Notes: generated from the letters alone by a model not told the origin. A stretch of 64,000 nucleotides of DNA from Chrysomallon squamiferum (GCA_012295275.1 CM022673.1:1240001-1304000), one strand, 5' to 3'; counted from the first letter of the stretch, positions 1 to 14,135 are shown. A program made the numbers and translations.

Positions 1-364
1 TTAATTAAAAAATAAATAAATAAATGCTATTGCTATTACTATTAATAATAATAAAAACAATAATAATCATACTTATTAGATTCTGATAAAAGTAATTACA
101 AACTGTTACAAGATGCATAGCATTGTATGCTCTATTGTAGTATTTAAATCTCTGCTTCAATAAATATCTGAATCATTCCACGACTCCTTCATGTTTTATT
201 AATCACTAGTCAAACACATCCTGAACTAAAAATTTAAGTCAATTTTCCACATAAGATATTAGGCATTATAAAAGAAAGCAAAAACAAAATGCTGATTTAC
301 TTAAAACAAATGCAATAATAAATTCCATTAACAAAACTATGCAGACAAGAAGAGATGGACCTAC

Positions 365-1501
365 TCCCAGTCAAACACTGAATCAAAAGTGAAACTTTTA
401 GGTGCTTCTCCTGGTGTTCCCTTTGGATTTCTCACATCTATGACTCCCCTCTTCACATGCACATCCACAACTCTATAACAAAAAAATTATAATATATGCT
501 GAAAAGAGTGAATAAGTAGACAACGAACATACAAAATTATAATATATAATATAATTAATAAGATGTTAAAAATGGTAAATAATCAGTAATTGAAAGATCA
601 TAAACACAATATAAAATGTATTCAAGTCACATTTTTATGACAACTACCAAGAGGAATGACATCTACATTCTGATAGTTTTTGTGTTAAATACTGATTCAA
701 TTAGTTATGTAAATGAAGTTCTAGTCCTGTATATCCATGTAAGATACAGTAACCTAGGGCCAAATCTGCAAATACTGAACTTCAGCATCTCATTGTTACG
801 TAACTTAATATTTCTTGTACTCAGATCTTAAGTATACATTCAACCAATATTGATCAAAAAAAATAATAATAATAAGACCTGGTGGTTGGAACACACATTC
901 AGGAAAAAACTCTGTAATAAAGATTATTTAACTAATAATTAAATGGATATTCTATTATTATTTTTCAGCAACAGAAATCAAGAATTTACTTTTATTTCAT
1001 TAAATACTGAATTTACCTTTCATGACCATCAGCAATTTCTTTATCATTCATAGGCCTACATCTCACCACCACTTTGACACTCTCTCCAGATTTGCTTTTA
1101 GACTGGAAATACAGAATTGGGAAATCAGAGATAACAAATACAGTTAATACAACACAATCAGACTTTTAAACATGGGATAAAAATAAAACAAGATAAAGAA
1201 ATTTTTTATGTCAGGATCTTATTTAAGAATATAGAAGTAAAGAATAATACTTTTTGAAAAGTAATACCCAAAACTAGTAATTTTTAATAACATATAATTT
1301 AACTTAGTCATAAAATAACATTTCAGTATGGCTCTTTATGAATATTTCATATTTTATTTTTATTACTTATGCCATAAATAGTTTCCTCTACATTTCAATT
1401 TGTTATTCCAATCAGTGATGTCATCTATAAATGGTAAATTTCTGAAAATTATATAATAAATAAAAATATAAAACAGAATAAATGCTGTTTATTCCTACCA
1501 T
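365..1501 (-). CDS. KIF3B: Kinesin-2 motor subunit (KIF3B/KRP95-like), 5' coding exons; gene continues beyond the left window edge
   Basis: Phase-consistent GT-AG exons: ATG at 1499-1501 (last 3 nt of a mostly 5'UTR exon 1499-1570), 1017-1102 and 365-472. Translation [65 protein letters not shown] matches the N-terminus of the kinesin-2 motor (VVVRCRP, FTFDxVxDW), closest to recalled KIF3B/KRP95. Confidence 0.88.
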
Positions 1502-2514
1502 TTTTCTACACTCTGAACAAAACCCTGTTTAATCACTTAATGTGCAAACCAAGCCATGCCTCATCATCTACTGGAAGACAAAAACAAAATATGAATTAAC
1601 AAAGTGTTCTGAAATATTTAAGTTGCAGATAATAGTCTAGTTATTATCCCAATGAAATATAGAACTATGATTATTAATTAATATAATCATAGCAATTACA
1701 TAATTTATAAAACATTTACAATAAAATAAATAATGTGTCAAATAATTTGAAAACTATACTAAAATATACTTTCACAAAACATAATTTAGCACATACTTGC
1801 ATGTATTTATATAACATTTCTGAATAGTTTATGAAGTGCATATAGCATGCATACATATGTTGATGACATATAAAATTATAAAAATAATTATTTTACAGCG
1901 AGAATTAAAAATGTTTTGGCACAAAATAACTGAACTGATAAAATGTAATCAAACTCATTTCATTATGCAACTTTTATGATGGATGTAAATAAACCTTTCT
2001 CTTAAAATATCAAATACTACAGACGTAATTTGTTTTATCACATTAATTGATTCAGTGATACAAGTGATAGAGCAACTGTGTGATTTAAATAAAAGATTAT
2101 AATTTTATATAATAATATAAGCTTTTAAATATTATTAACAGATGTCGTGATGACATCTACTTATGACAATTTTTTTTAATACAAGTCGCAAAAGTTATTA
2201 TAGGTCTGTTGTGCTATCCAAATAACTTGCATTATGTTGTTTGTATCTTGTTAATATAACTTTGGAGAACAATAGTAACAGTTTTGGTCATGTTTTGGCA
2301 ATACCGGTAATACATAAATTGTCATTAGCATTATCAATTAATCGTATTAAAAGCACATAATCACGTAAAAACAAGACAGTTAAATAACTATAAAGATATT
2401 AGAACAAAAAAGCAAAGGTTTGTTACCAAAATATTTTCATTTAATCAAAGATTTATGCAAATACATGTCTTTCAATATATGCATAAACAGTCTATCTTTA
2501 ATGAAAACAACTAT

Positions 2515-2635
2515 TTTTGAACATGCGCAGTTTGATCGTAAAAAAAAAAAGTATTCAATTGAAGCGTAACGTCCATTGTGGTAATTAGTCTACTCCGGTG
2601 CTTTCTACCTCTTCAGAGAAGGAACCGGTAAAATC
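2515..2635 (-). promoter_or_regulatory. Putative promoter / first-exon region of the kinesin-2 gene
   Basis: Locally CpG-richer patch about 1 kb upstream of the acceptor at 1571, with an NRF1-like CATGCGCA (~2522) and CCGG-containing motifs. TSS not determinable. Confidence 0.3.
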
Positions 2636-2900
2636 TTTTCATTCAAAAGAAAAAGAGAGAGAGAGAGAAAAAAAAAAAGAAGTGGAAGTTGATAGTTTTA
2701 ATTATTATTATTATTATTATTATTTAACAATGAGTTTTCTTTTAAAATTATAAATACAAATATTAATTTGTTTAGGCTGTATTTTAATTCATTATATAAA
2801 AATGTAATTATCTGCATTCACAGCAGAGATTAATGAAGCACTAACATCATCACGATTATGCCAAATACAAAGTTTCTTATTTCTCTTTCTCAGTGCCAAG

Positions 2901-2941
<41 letters not shown>

Positions 2942-4431
2942 ACAAATACAAAGTTTCTTATTTCTCTTTCTCAGTGCCAGGTTTTATATATATATATATA
3001 TATATATATGTAACAAATACAAAAAACAAAACAAAAAAACAACAACAAAACAAACAAACAAAAAAACGATTTCAAAATTTGTTAATATATTTATTGAAAG
3101 ACAAAAATAACTCAAATTATTATGGATCTCGTTTCACTTTTCAACTATTTATTACAAGTCAGTATTTTGTTAATCTGATCTGAGCTAACATTTTGAGATA
3201 TGTTTGTAATGACATGATCTGTAGTTTGTCACACATTCATGGAACATAACATTTTTTAAAAGACTTAGTTACCACTTTATGGTTTCTAGATTTTAAAGAA
3301 CAAAACAGAAAAACAAACTTAACATGACACCACAGTTAATTATTTTTATTTTATTACAATCACATGATTTTACATAATGAAGGAACCTACAGAGATACCA
3401 GACCACTTATTTGGCAAACTAAGGACCAAAGGTCACCTGCATTTCTGGACCAAAGGTTAAGATATATTTAAATATAAAATAAACACAAAACATAAATATA
3501 AAATGAAGTGTATTTAATAGATACAAAAAATTATTACATTTCTACAACAGATTTTCATGTAACTGGAAAAATGGTCTGGTACTTGTGGGGTAACTGTAGT
3601 TACATATCAGCCAGTAAAATGTTAACAGCTAACAATACATTTGAATAATCATTTACTTATTATAAAGATTATTTTTCTTGCAATAACTAAAAAACACCTA
3701 TTTGATGTCAATGGATTGGAATGCTATGATTAATTCAAAATTAATCTGGTAATACACAAGTAATGTGATTTCATTCTATCTAATTTAATTATGTATAAAC
3801 ATTTAAAAACAATTATTGTCTAACAGTGAAAAGAAAACAGTGTTCATGATATTGTTTGGTTTTCATGAATTCACTGTTACTCTTGAGAACTAATTGTACT
3901 AGGTCTAATCATCTAATAAATATTGTTACTAAGTAACTTTTGATATACAATATTTTTGATATACAGTGTTAAGTATAATACAATATGAATCTACTAGAAT
4001 GAGAAAATTACAAATCAAACATACGAAATTAAAAATGTCATGATGTACAAGACAAAGCTATTATTAGATCTTTATATAGATATATATAAAAAAATCCATA
4101 TCCATTTTAAATTCTCCGATCAAAATTAACAAAACTGTTTATATTGTGAGGTGTTTTTACCTATAAAAAGGACAAAAAACAGTCTTCTAAATACTATACT
4201 TTATAATGCTTGTAATAACTAACCTTTGTTTGTTCAAAATAAAATGTGATTATAAATTATTTAAAAAAAGACTGAAACCTATAAATATATAATTATAATG
4301 AAAAACAAAATATGTAAGATGTTTGTTTTAGTTTAACCTTTCTTCAGACATGTTATTAAAACTATTTTCATACACATGGTTCGATAAGACATTAAAATGG
4401 TTTCGATGCAGTTATGAAGGTGAAGGTCATG

Positions 4432-7211
4432 TTACTGGGGCATCTGTCTTCGTGCTGCTCTTTGTTTATCAAACCTGGCCTCCATATTTTCTAGAACTTG
4501 TGGCGTATACCTCACAACCAGACGAACGACACCTGCAAAGTTTAAAATGTTTTATAATCACCGCAATTTTTCTAAACTTAATAGTTTTAACAGACTCCAA
4601 TGGTTTATTCTTCTAAATACTTTATATTTAAATCCCTGAAAAGCTGAAGATTAATAAAGATTAAAGCACAATTATTTAAAAAAGGACACTTCCTGCTATG
4701 AATTCACAACACACTGTCAAATTCTTATTTAGTTTTAAATGTAGCAATAAAAAAAGAAAGATTTACACTTCAGTAAATGATTAATTATCAAGAATAACTA
4801 AATACAGCTGATGTGCAAACCTTTGTCATTACCTGCTTTGTTTTAACCCTAAATATAAATAAGTTTTGTTTTACATTATAGCAAACTATTTTTTAATAGA
4901 ACAAGTGATATTTAAATGCAGATCATCTTTACTGATTGTCTTCTTTCATGCTGTTGAAAGTTGGCTGAAGTGCAAGTGTTAAATACTTACTTGAAGCATT
5001 TTTCAGAAGTTCTACAGCTTTCTCATGATGTTCTCCCTCAACACTCTGAAATAGCAAAGATAAAAAAATAACACAACCCATTTACTTAAGCCAGACTTCA
5101 TGAAATTAAAACATTAATAAAATTTCATTCAAAGCTTAAAGTTGATAACTACTCTGAGGAAATGCTATATACCGTGCATTCAAAAACCAAAATTATAATC
5201 AGACTATAACAAAATAAACGTTCATCAACAATTTCCTCACCACTCCATTGACTGACAGAAGCTGGTCTCCACGTTTAAGTCCTTTATGCTTGTCGGCAAC
5301 TCCATTGGGAATAATACGAGAGATGTAGATAGGAGAGTTCTGTTCCTTGCCACCCATGACATTGAAACCAAGCCCCTCCTCAGTCTTAATCAGCTCCACT
5401 ACTCTAGGATGTGCATGACCTTCACTGGCAGCAAAAGCAGCAACTGTTGCCTGAAAGTTTATAAGCAAGATGATGTAAACATGCTTTCAGATTTGAAAAA
5501 CGTTGTTGTCACAACACATACATAAATAAATACATGTTTATATTTTAAATAACTTAAAATAATTAATTGATGTTAAAAGTATTTCTGAAAAATAAAGTTC
5601 AGCCAGAGGGGAATTAATAAATAACGTACAAAATCTTTGACTAATTGTGATTCGTAATGTGAAAATTTGTTTGAAAAACAGTTTGGAAATTAAATGAACA
5701 ATATATATATATGACATTAACAAAGATGGCTTTGAGAGTATCAGTTCACTTTCTAAATCATGCTAAGCTACCATTCCATATGTCCTTTGGCAGAGAACAA
5801 CTCACATGGATATTTGGATGGATGTTGCTGGTTCTCTGTATCGTTTTTTTTTGGCTAATATACTCATTTAATAATAATTCAAAATGGTTACCTTGGCTGT
5901 TGCATTTGCTCTGATCTCAGGACTGCCAGACAAATCTACTGTTTCATAAACATTTTCATACACCTCCCTCACAGCTGTCAGAAAGTCACTCTGCAGAATT
6001 CTTTGAAGTGCTTGTAGTTTCTGTGTTGGAAACTCGCCACCTGATGTTTCGTCAAAAAAAAGTACTTTCACACATAAATTTTAATTGTAAAACAAACATG
6101 AACTATATTCAAGTGTAATCATTTCAGATTATAAAACAGATACTACCGTAATAAATTATTTATTAGTATCAACAAAAGAAAGTACATTCACTTATATGTT
6201 TAAAAACAATTTAAAAAAACCCTTTATATTTAACCATTATTTTAAATATTTCAGATAATAAAAAAATTACTGTCAGAATTATTTATTTGTTTCTTCTAAA
6301 AAGGTATTCTGTTTAAAAGTACACTGGACTCTTGTGCATATATGAAATACAAGTAATATAAATTCAGATGAATGCATAGAGAAAAAAAGCACGACTAAAT
6401 CTATTAAAAACCATTAAACATATTTTACTAAAAATTTAACATTAACTTATAAATTGTTATCTATCTTTATATAAGCACACACATATACAAATTTCTCCTT
6501 AGCAACGCCTGTTTCAGTATACACATCAATATGAATATCAGTAATGTAATATAAACTTACTTCTTTGTAACATATCCAACAATTCAACAGCCCTGTTTAC
6601 ATCTGTTCAAATAGATATAAAAATTGTTTAAAGATATGACATGTACTAGTAGAAAACCATTATTATACCAAACTCAAAATGCTAAAGTATATGCAGTGTA
6701 AATGTATTATTTTAAATATTAATTATTAAATAATTAATATCAATAATTATAATTATTAATTTATAGTTACACTCGTAACACTGTGTCACTGTGTGTAGTG
6801 TGTACCATTCATTCTATTGCAGGTTCGTCATCATACTGTTATTGTGAATTCCAGTTTAAAGGTTTCATTCAAAATTTTAATCTAAATGTACGATTATTTT
6901 AAAACAATAATAAAACAATCGATATAAATTTAAAATATTCAACGCAGTTTAGTTCTGCTAAACTTTTTAATTTTTATAATTAGCGACCTTGCCCTCTGGC
7001 ATCGGCATGTCAAGCATCTCTACATCAGTTAAACAGAAAAAAACAACCCAGTATTAATTCTTTAAAATATTAGTGCATATATCGGCCAAATAAACACTCA
7101 ATAAAGTGTAACTGCAGATTAATAGCTATTCTTAGTTTTTCGTAATAATCAGACGTCTAGAACAACAGCATCACCTCTTTCTAGAGTAAGCGGTTCCGAC
7201 ACAGACGCCAT
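4432..7211 (-). CDS. lin-7: Protein lin-7 homolog (Veli/MALS), L27 + PDZ adaptor, 197 aa
   Basis: Six GT-AG exons 7175-7211, 6561-6602, 5892-6040, 5241-5450, 4991-5045, 4432-4532 (594 nt, phases consistent). [22 protein letters not shown]...[25 protein letters not shown]...[52 protein letters not shown]...[26 protein letters not shown]...[29 protein letters not shown] is typical of LIN7 family proteins. Confidence 0.97.
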
Positions 7212-7989
7212 TATTATTTCGTTTCTGGTGTAAATTTCTCCCAGAACAATCGGATCAACACTCCAGTATTTTCAAAAAGCAGTTCGAAAATAAAAGTTTC
7301 AAAAAAAAAAAAAAAAAAAAAAAAAAAAGCAAAAACAAATGTATTTATCATAAAGATCTTAAGTGTGACGTTGAAAAAAATTAAACCAGTTTCCAAGTCA
7401 GTTTATTTCGTTCACTTTTAATATTTTGTTGAATATGTTTTGGTAGGAGTCGAATATTTTAACCGTGGTTTTTTATTTCTCAGCATTTGATGTGTGCAGT
7501 TGAAGAATACGACTAGATTATATATGTATTCTATGAAATATAATAACATAAATTAAGGGAATATGATTCCTAATTTTTTTTTTACATTTACTCTTTTATT
7601 CGTAAAACTGAAATTTAAGTTAAATAATATTAAATATCATATTAAGCTACATTATTAAAGAACGAATAAATTGTTATAGATGCTTATAATTAATGAAAAC
7701 ATATCGAAATTTATATTAAATTCCTAGTTTTATCCAAGTATTTATTGTTCACTCTTATAAACATAAATTAACAGAATGCCTACATACACTGATATCACAG
7801 TGAAAGATGACAACATAATACGCGCATTTATACGTATGCTTAAACCTAACAATGATACTACGTAAATTAAACGTAAAGGAAAACAAAAATTAAATTATAC
7901 AGTTTTTATTATTTATTTATTGTTTACATTCATAAACATGTTTCAACAGAAGTCTAAACAATGAAATGAATGTATAAGAAATAACTAAA

Positions 7990-10404
7990 CTATAATATCG
8001 TTAAACCATTTCGGAAATATCTTAGAACACCACGTTTGGTGTTCACAAAATGTGATTTTGTAGAACCTCTCTTCAGCTTTTTCTCTTGGAAAATATTTTC
8101 TGTATCATCGAAAGCTGCAGCAGAGAGACAAAGGATATATTAAGTTTTTTATTAACAATATTTTGAACAGTAAAACAAAAACAAAAACAACAACAAAAAA
8201 TTAAAAAATAAATAAACATTTAAAGATATGATTTTTAAAAACAAACAAAAACAAAAAATAAAACAACAATAACAACAAAACAATAAATAGACAAAACAAA
8301 CTAACTACATACATATATCCATACATATACATAAATGCAAAGACATTTAAAAACACACGCGCACGCACGCACGGACACACACACACACTCGTAGTATATT
8401 ATATGAAGCTCTTCTTTCAATACCTGGATTAAACCCCGTTTCAATCGCATTACGTTTTCGTCTTTTCTTTAAAATACAAGATGTCTGCGAAAAAAAAAAA
8501 AAAAAGTTATTAATATTATTAACTTCAGTACAATCCAAAATAGCTGAGGCCAACCTCGGTTTACTTGACAAAACTAAAATACTTATCTAATTAAATATTA
8601 GCTGTAAATGAAAGAGTGAAAGATGGACAGGCAGAGAAAAAATGAGTGAGTGAGAGATAAAAAAAAAAAAAAAAAAAGCAAGAGAGATAAATAAAGTGAA
8701 GGGGAGAGAGAAAGTTACATTTAAAAAAGGAAGGAAAAATAAAATATTTCAGAATTAATAACATGTTACTTCTTTTAACAGGTCATGTTAAATCTATAAT
8801 ATAATATGATATCTTGGGACACACAATTAAAGTAACTGGTTGCTATATGATATAATACGTAAATTATATGTCACAAAACATACACCATCGCAGTTCACTC
8901 CTGGTTTGCAGCCGTTCACTATACATTCGAAGAACACATCATTTGCTCCTAGTAATCTAAAAGCTGAAAAATAAGGACTGTATATTTTCTTTTGAACGGT
9001 CCGAAATCCTTTATTCTTTTCAAAAACCACACCGTCTCCACAACTGCAATAAAAAAACAACATATTTTAACAAAACCGTAGCTTAATTTTTATATGGATC
9101 AGTTTTCACTTTGATATACCACTGTGTTATTTGTAATACTTTTAAAATTATTTAAATAATATGAAAAGTATGTTATTATTAATAACAATTATTACGTTTT
9201 ACATTTTGAAGATAACAATAGATTTGATATGTAACGCAAGCTACCACAACTACATGGGCTACTTTTACTGATTAGCAACAACTGACGTTTTATATGCACC
9301 TTCCCATAAGGTGGAGAGACATTTGAAACTAATCATGGAACTAATGTCTGGAACAGACAAACAGAGGATAGATAACTGCGGTTGACAACTGAGTTACAGT
9401 TCGCTCACAAGAAGAAGGAAAAAAAAAGAGAAAAGGAAGAAGAAGAAGAAGAAGAAGAAGCGAAAAAGAAGTAAGAAAAGGGAGGGGGGAAGAGAAAAAA
9501 AAAAAAAAAAAAAAAAAAAAAAACAGTGATAAAAAAACAATTGTGTATGGAATCCAAACAAAGCAGAAAATTAAAATCTCTTCTTACCCTGCAATTAAAA
9601 TAGGATACTTTTTAAACTGGTTTGTAGCCCAGCACTGTTGTGCTTTCATAAGTTCGGTACCTGTTAAAATTGCAGAGACATTACATTATCTAAATGCATA
9701 GTATTATATACTAAAATATATATGTTGTTTTTTTCTGTGTTGTTGTATGTGTAAAACAGAGAAGATAATATTATGTGCATATACGGTGCATGATCAAAAA
9801 GAAATATTATATTTATGATTTTATATAATGTGTGTAGGCATATATGGTTGTGTATGTGAGTGTGTATTATGTATATGCAAATGTATGTGTGTGGGTGTGT
9901 GTTTGTGTTCATGCGTCTGTTTCCATAACATGCGTTAGTTTATTTTTTTCCTAAATTTCATGACCACAAACTAATAACAACAATAACACCACCACCAGCA
10001 GCAGCTACAACAATAACAGTAATGATGATGGTAATAAAATAGTTTTTTGTTATTATATATTTATTTATTTTGTTATTCATTTATTCGAAATGTCTTTAAA
10101 TGGTTTAACAGTCAGCTACTCACCTGTAACAGTAAGGACAAGTCGAATGATGGTGCCTATTGGAATAATCCCATCCACGATCTTTCCGTGAGTATCTTCC
10201 AGCTTTATTTCGACGTGTGACGTCATACGTTGACCATATCCATAATATATCGAGTTCGGTGGCCGATTGCTAAAGAAACAAGTAAAATATTTTAATGTCA
10301 ATAAAATGTAAGGAAATATATATATTAGTAATGGTGATGCTATTTTTAGTAGCAGTTTTAATACAACTATTTTATAGAAAACAAATCTAATGCAGAATAA
10401 GGGA

Positions 10405-10435
<31 letters not shown>

Positions 10436-10642
10436 CATACACATACAAAAGATACCTGGTATCTATTGAGGTTTTATGCGTTTTCGTTGATCCAAAATTG
10501 TCGTACGTGCACACAACGACAAATTGATCCCGGACAAGGAGCACAGACGACTGGTCGTTTATCGAGTTCCAGGCGAGGTCGAGAGTAAGTGTATACGTTT
10601 TAGAGTTTCTCTTTTTCTGTTGAAACGAATACAATGAAACAA

Positions 10643-10692
<50 letters not shown>

Positions 10693-12293
10693 CCCCTCCC
10701 CCAACCATCCCCAACCAAAAGAACCACAACCCCCCCAAAACCCAACAAAAATAAAAAAACAACAAAACAACAAAAAACCCAAATATAACGAACCAAACTG
10801 GATGATTCAACTTTAAAACAAGAGAAGCATTAATCTATGGAAGAAAACAAAAAGCAAAGAAAAGCAAATAGTGTTTTGTTACTTCTGTTACTACCTGCAT
10901 GACTACTCGTAAAATGTTACTATCTACTACCCCTACTCCTCCTCCTCCTCCTACTACTACTACTAATGCAAGTATTATTATTTCTGCAGCTGCTGCTACC
11001 TACTTCTACAGGTACTGTCGCATTTCTTTAGCTGCTTAACTAATAAAAATTAATAAAAGAATAATAGAATAATATCATGAACCAAAACAAAAAAAAAAAA
11101 AAAAATATGTTTTAAAAACACATTACTTTCAAGAAATATATAATACATAAACTACTAAATTAATTTTTGTCGCTGAATTAATGATTATTAATATTTGCTT
11201 AAAAATAGTTCTTCACATTTTAATATCTTGTACATTCAGGCGTTTGTTTGTGTGTGTGCATCTTTTACTTGTATAATGATGATAACTGAGAAGAAACCAT
11301 CTTCTCGATTAGTGGCAAGGCATACTTTTACATGCGCTTTCTAACAGAAAGAAAAGCATAACCTTTGATAACCAGTGGTGGGGCAGTGGTTAGAACGGAA
11401 ATAAATGATTTTTATTCAGATGAATCACATTAAGACCGAAACTAGTTACCTTAAAAATACAGTTTGAACCGTCTTGCTCCGTAAAGCCCACGTCAGTAAC
11501 GTACTGCACGTCGTCTGATGTAGTCATTTTCACCACGTAGTCATTTTTACAGTGGACTTTGATAGTCACAGGCAGGTCCGCTCTAACGACCACTTGAGTC
11601 ACATTGTTCGGTGACGGGTTACATTTACAAGTCACTGTAGTCCAGAAAATATTAATTAAATAATATTTAGACTGATCCATCGTCCAGGGTTAACTGTATT
11701 ATAACCATTTCGAACAAAGAACAAATTAAAAAAAAAAAATATATATCGGCTTTTCCTATCAACCAAATTCCACCTAAGATGATTTAATGATCAAAAATTT
11801 TATTTCAATTTTCTTAGAAAGTAACTAAGAAAGTAATTTTAAGACAAATTGAAAATAAGTATTGTAAATACAGCTAAAATGTAATTTTCTTCACTTCAGT
11901 GATAAACTGTTTTACGTGTAACTTACTCACACACACACGAGCACTCACAGAAACATTCACCAAGATACAGGGTTAAAGGTAATAAATAAACACACAAACG
12001 AATAAATGAAGAGGTAAACAAATAAATTATCTGTGAAGGAATACAATCTTTTTCAATAACGAAAACCTACCTTGATACAGTCTGTTAGGTTTTCTAACAA
12101 TCATAGATGTCTGTAAACAAAAATAATCTTTTTGTCCATCACTTACACCAGGTTTATATTTATTAAGTAATTCACAGGCAGGAAAAGGATGTTATCAAGT
12201 GAATGAACTATTAATATTTAATATTCTTTACACAAATAACAGAAGTATGGATAGACATAAGCGAAAAACAGCCCTTCTACCCCTTACACACAT
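7990..12293 (-). CDS. Secreted vitelline-envelope zona pellucida (VEZP/VERL-type ZP domain) protein, about 336 aa
   Basis: Exons 12234-12293 (signal peptide MCVRGRRAVFRLCLSILLLF; weak GTGTAA donor), 12071-12110, 11450-11634, 10456-10616, 10124-10269, 9588-9660, 8884-9043, 8424-8484, 7990-8114, all phase-consistent. Contains the gastropod VEZP signature YPILIAGCGDGVVF...GF.T....SPYFSAF.....V.FEC....C.....CDG.SC followed by furin site RRKR. First and last exon boundaries are less certain than the core. Confidence 0.8.
9236..9405 (-). mobile_element. Decayed tRNA-derived MetaSINE-like fragment
   Basis: Plus strand CATGGGCTACTTTTACTGATTAGCAAC...TTTTATATGCACCTTCCCA is the reverse complement of the recalled Meta core (TGGGA.GGTGCATATAAAAGA.....GCTAATC...AGTAGCCCATG). 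Related copies occur elsewhere in the window. Confidence 0.55.
11285..11402 (-). mobile_element. Decayed MetaSINE-like fragment
   Basis: TCGATTAGTGGCAAGG..TACTTTTACATGCGCTTT..AACAGA...AGCATA.CCTTTGATAACCAGT.GTGGGGCAGTGGTTAGAACGG aligns by eye with the 9236 copy and the recalled SINE body. Confidence 0.55.
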
Positions 12294-12466
12294 GCCTATT
12301 TTACAAAATTCATCAATTTGCTGTGCTTCTGTAACAATATTTGCAATCAGAACAACACAGTAACTTTTACAGACATCCTTTCCTAGCGTATTATGAATTA
12401 CGTTAATTTAACAACAAGAACAGAAATATAATGATGATGATGATGATGATGATGACGACGATCATG

Positions 12467-12501
<35 letters not shown>

Positions 12502-13029
12502 GTTAATAATAATTATATTTTTATTATAAAATAATACTTACAATAGGCTTTATGCAAATTAGCAAAAATATTTGTATCTGAAAGAACAGTATAAATAAGA
12601 AAATAAAAAACCAAAGAAAGAAATAACCTTGTAAAATTCTCTGAAAACATTGTATAGTTTCAAGTTTTTGAAAAAAACTGTAAATTAGTAAACGAATAAA
12701 ATAAATTTGACAAGACAATAAAAGCGCCAAGGGACACAACTCTTGCTTGACCTATTTTGGAGGTTTTTAAAATTTATATCTTCTGATGTTTTACTCTTAA
12801 ACCACTTTGCTAACAATTGTTGTTACATTAACTTTTCCAAGGATAGAAGCCATACACGTTAAATAAACCGATAATGTGACAATGATTGGAAATGAAATAT
12901 ATGCAGTAAATTTCGTCAGTATCGAATGTCCTTTTCTAAGCAGTTTCTCTGTAATAATATGTAATAGTGTGCATTTCGAATATACCTTTAATATGTATAT
13001 CTATATCTGTATGTATGTATGTATGTATG

Positions 13030-13091
<62 letters not shown>

Positions 13092-13171
13092 CGTGTATAT
13101 ATAGATATAGAAATATGCATGTGTGTGTAATATCTGTCTTCCTATCTACACTGAAAGATCACAACAGTTGT

Positions 13172-13342
13172 AGAAGAAACCGGCTACACGTTATAATTAG
13201 ATATTTCATAAACACTATCAGTTAAACAGCATAGCACGTGAGCTTTGACTCAGGGAACGATAAAAATAGCTTATGATGGGGTTCGATCCTAAACCGACTG
13301 TCTAGCGAGCGATCACTTTAACATTCAGCTTCCAGTGCCTGT
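13172..13342 (-). mobile_element. Decayed SINE retaining its tRNA-like head
   Basis: Minus strand reads AGCTGAATGTTAAAG (A-box-like) ... GTCGGTTTAGGATCGAACCCC (B-box-like), followed by degenerate body sequence. Confidence 0.5.
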
Positions 13343-14135
13343 CCCTCACATGAGAAATACCAAACAAACTTTATTGCAAATTCTAGTGAAATCTAAATCG
13401 CTAAGACTATTTTTATCCATTGGTGAGCCTTTAAAAGAACGATTAATGATTACAAAATAAATTTAAAATGCTAGCTAAGAAATTACTTACTACCAAACAT
13501 GTTGCAATTTCCATTTTACGAACGCCCAAGAGCGAATTGCATGTAAAAACACGTGCACTTCAAGACACGCGCTGGACGAATTTTTTTTTTTTTTTTTTTT
13601 TTGTAATATTTTTTGTTATGAAATCTACATATTGGCACACACGTAGACATATTTTGGTCTTAGCATAATTGTTAACAATCAACAGGGCATAAGTGAAGAT
13701 GGGTTAACGTGGATTTTGACACTAAAAAAGATTATAATGGTAACCGTGGTTACAGGAGGATAAATTTAAACCATATTTCTTTTATAATTGTAGTAACTCT
13801 TAAGATCGCACCCAAAACATTTAATACAAATTTTTCCCAGTATTCCGGTGTTATTTCGAATTAAGAAGTATGCTAGAGTTCAGTGGCTTAAAATAAATTA
13901 CAACAGACTGCGATTATTTTTCAAGACTCGGTTCAAAGACTGCTGAGAAGGTTCGTTCGGATAAAAGTTCTTCCTTCTTTGCAAGAAATAACTTCACAAA
14001 ATATGGGTTTTAATTATAAATATAATACATGTAATTATTTCATTTTTGTGTCATGTGTGTGTTCTGTTTTTTTTTTTTTTTTTTTTAAGTTTTTTTCTTC
14101 TACATTATTTCTGATTTTAATATTTATCTTTTTTT

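Noticed and set aside
424-431. miR-1986 8-mer seed match (GAAATCCA, minus strand) in the kinesin exon
   Set aside because: A single CDS site is expected by chance.
1529-1570. In-frame TGA in DDEAWLGLHIK* as possible selenocysteine
   Set aside because: The frame then meets TAG, is not joined to the kinesin ORF and no SECIS is evident; the exon is 5'UTR.
2862-3022. Local tandem duplications (~80 bp here; ~160 bp at 14101-14404; 20 bp at ~16993; 24 bp at ~44328)
   Set aside because: Ordinary slippage duplications in low-complexity DNA, with no sign of function.
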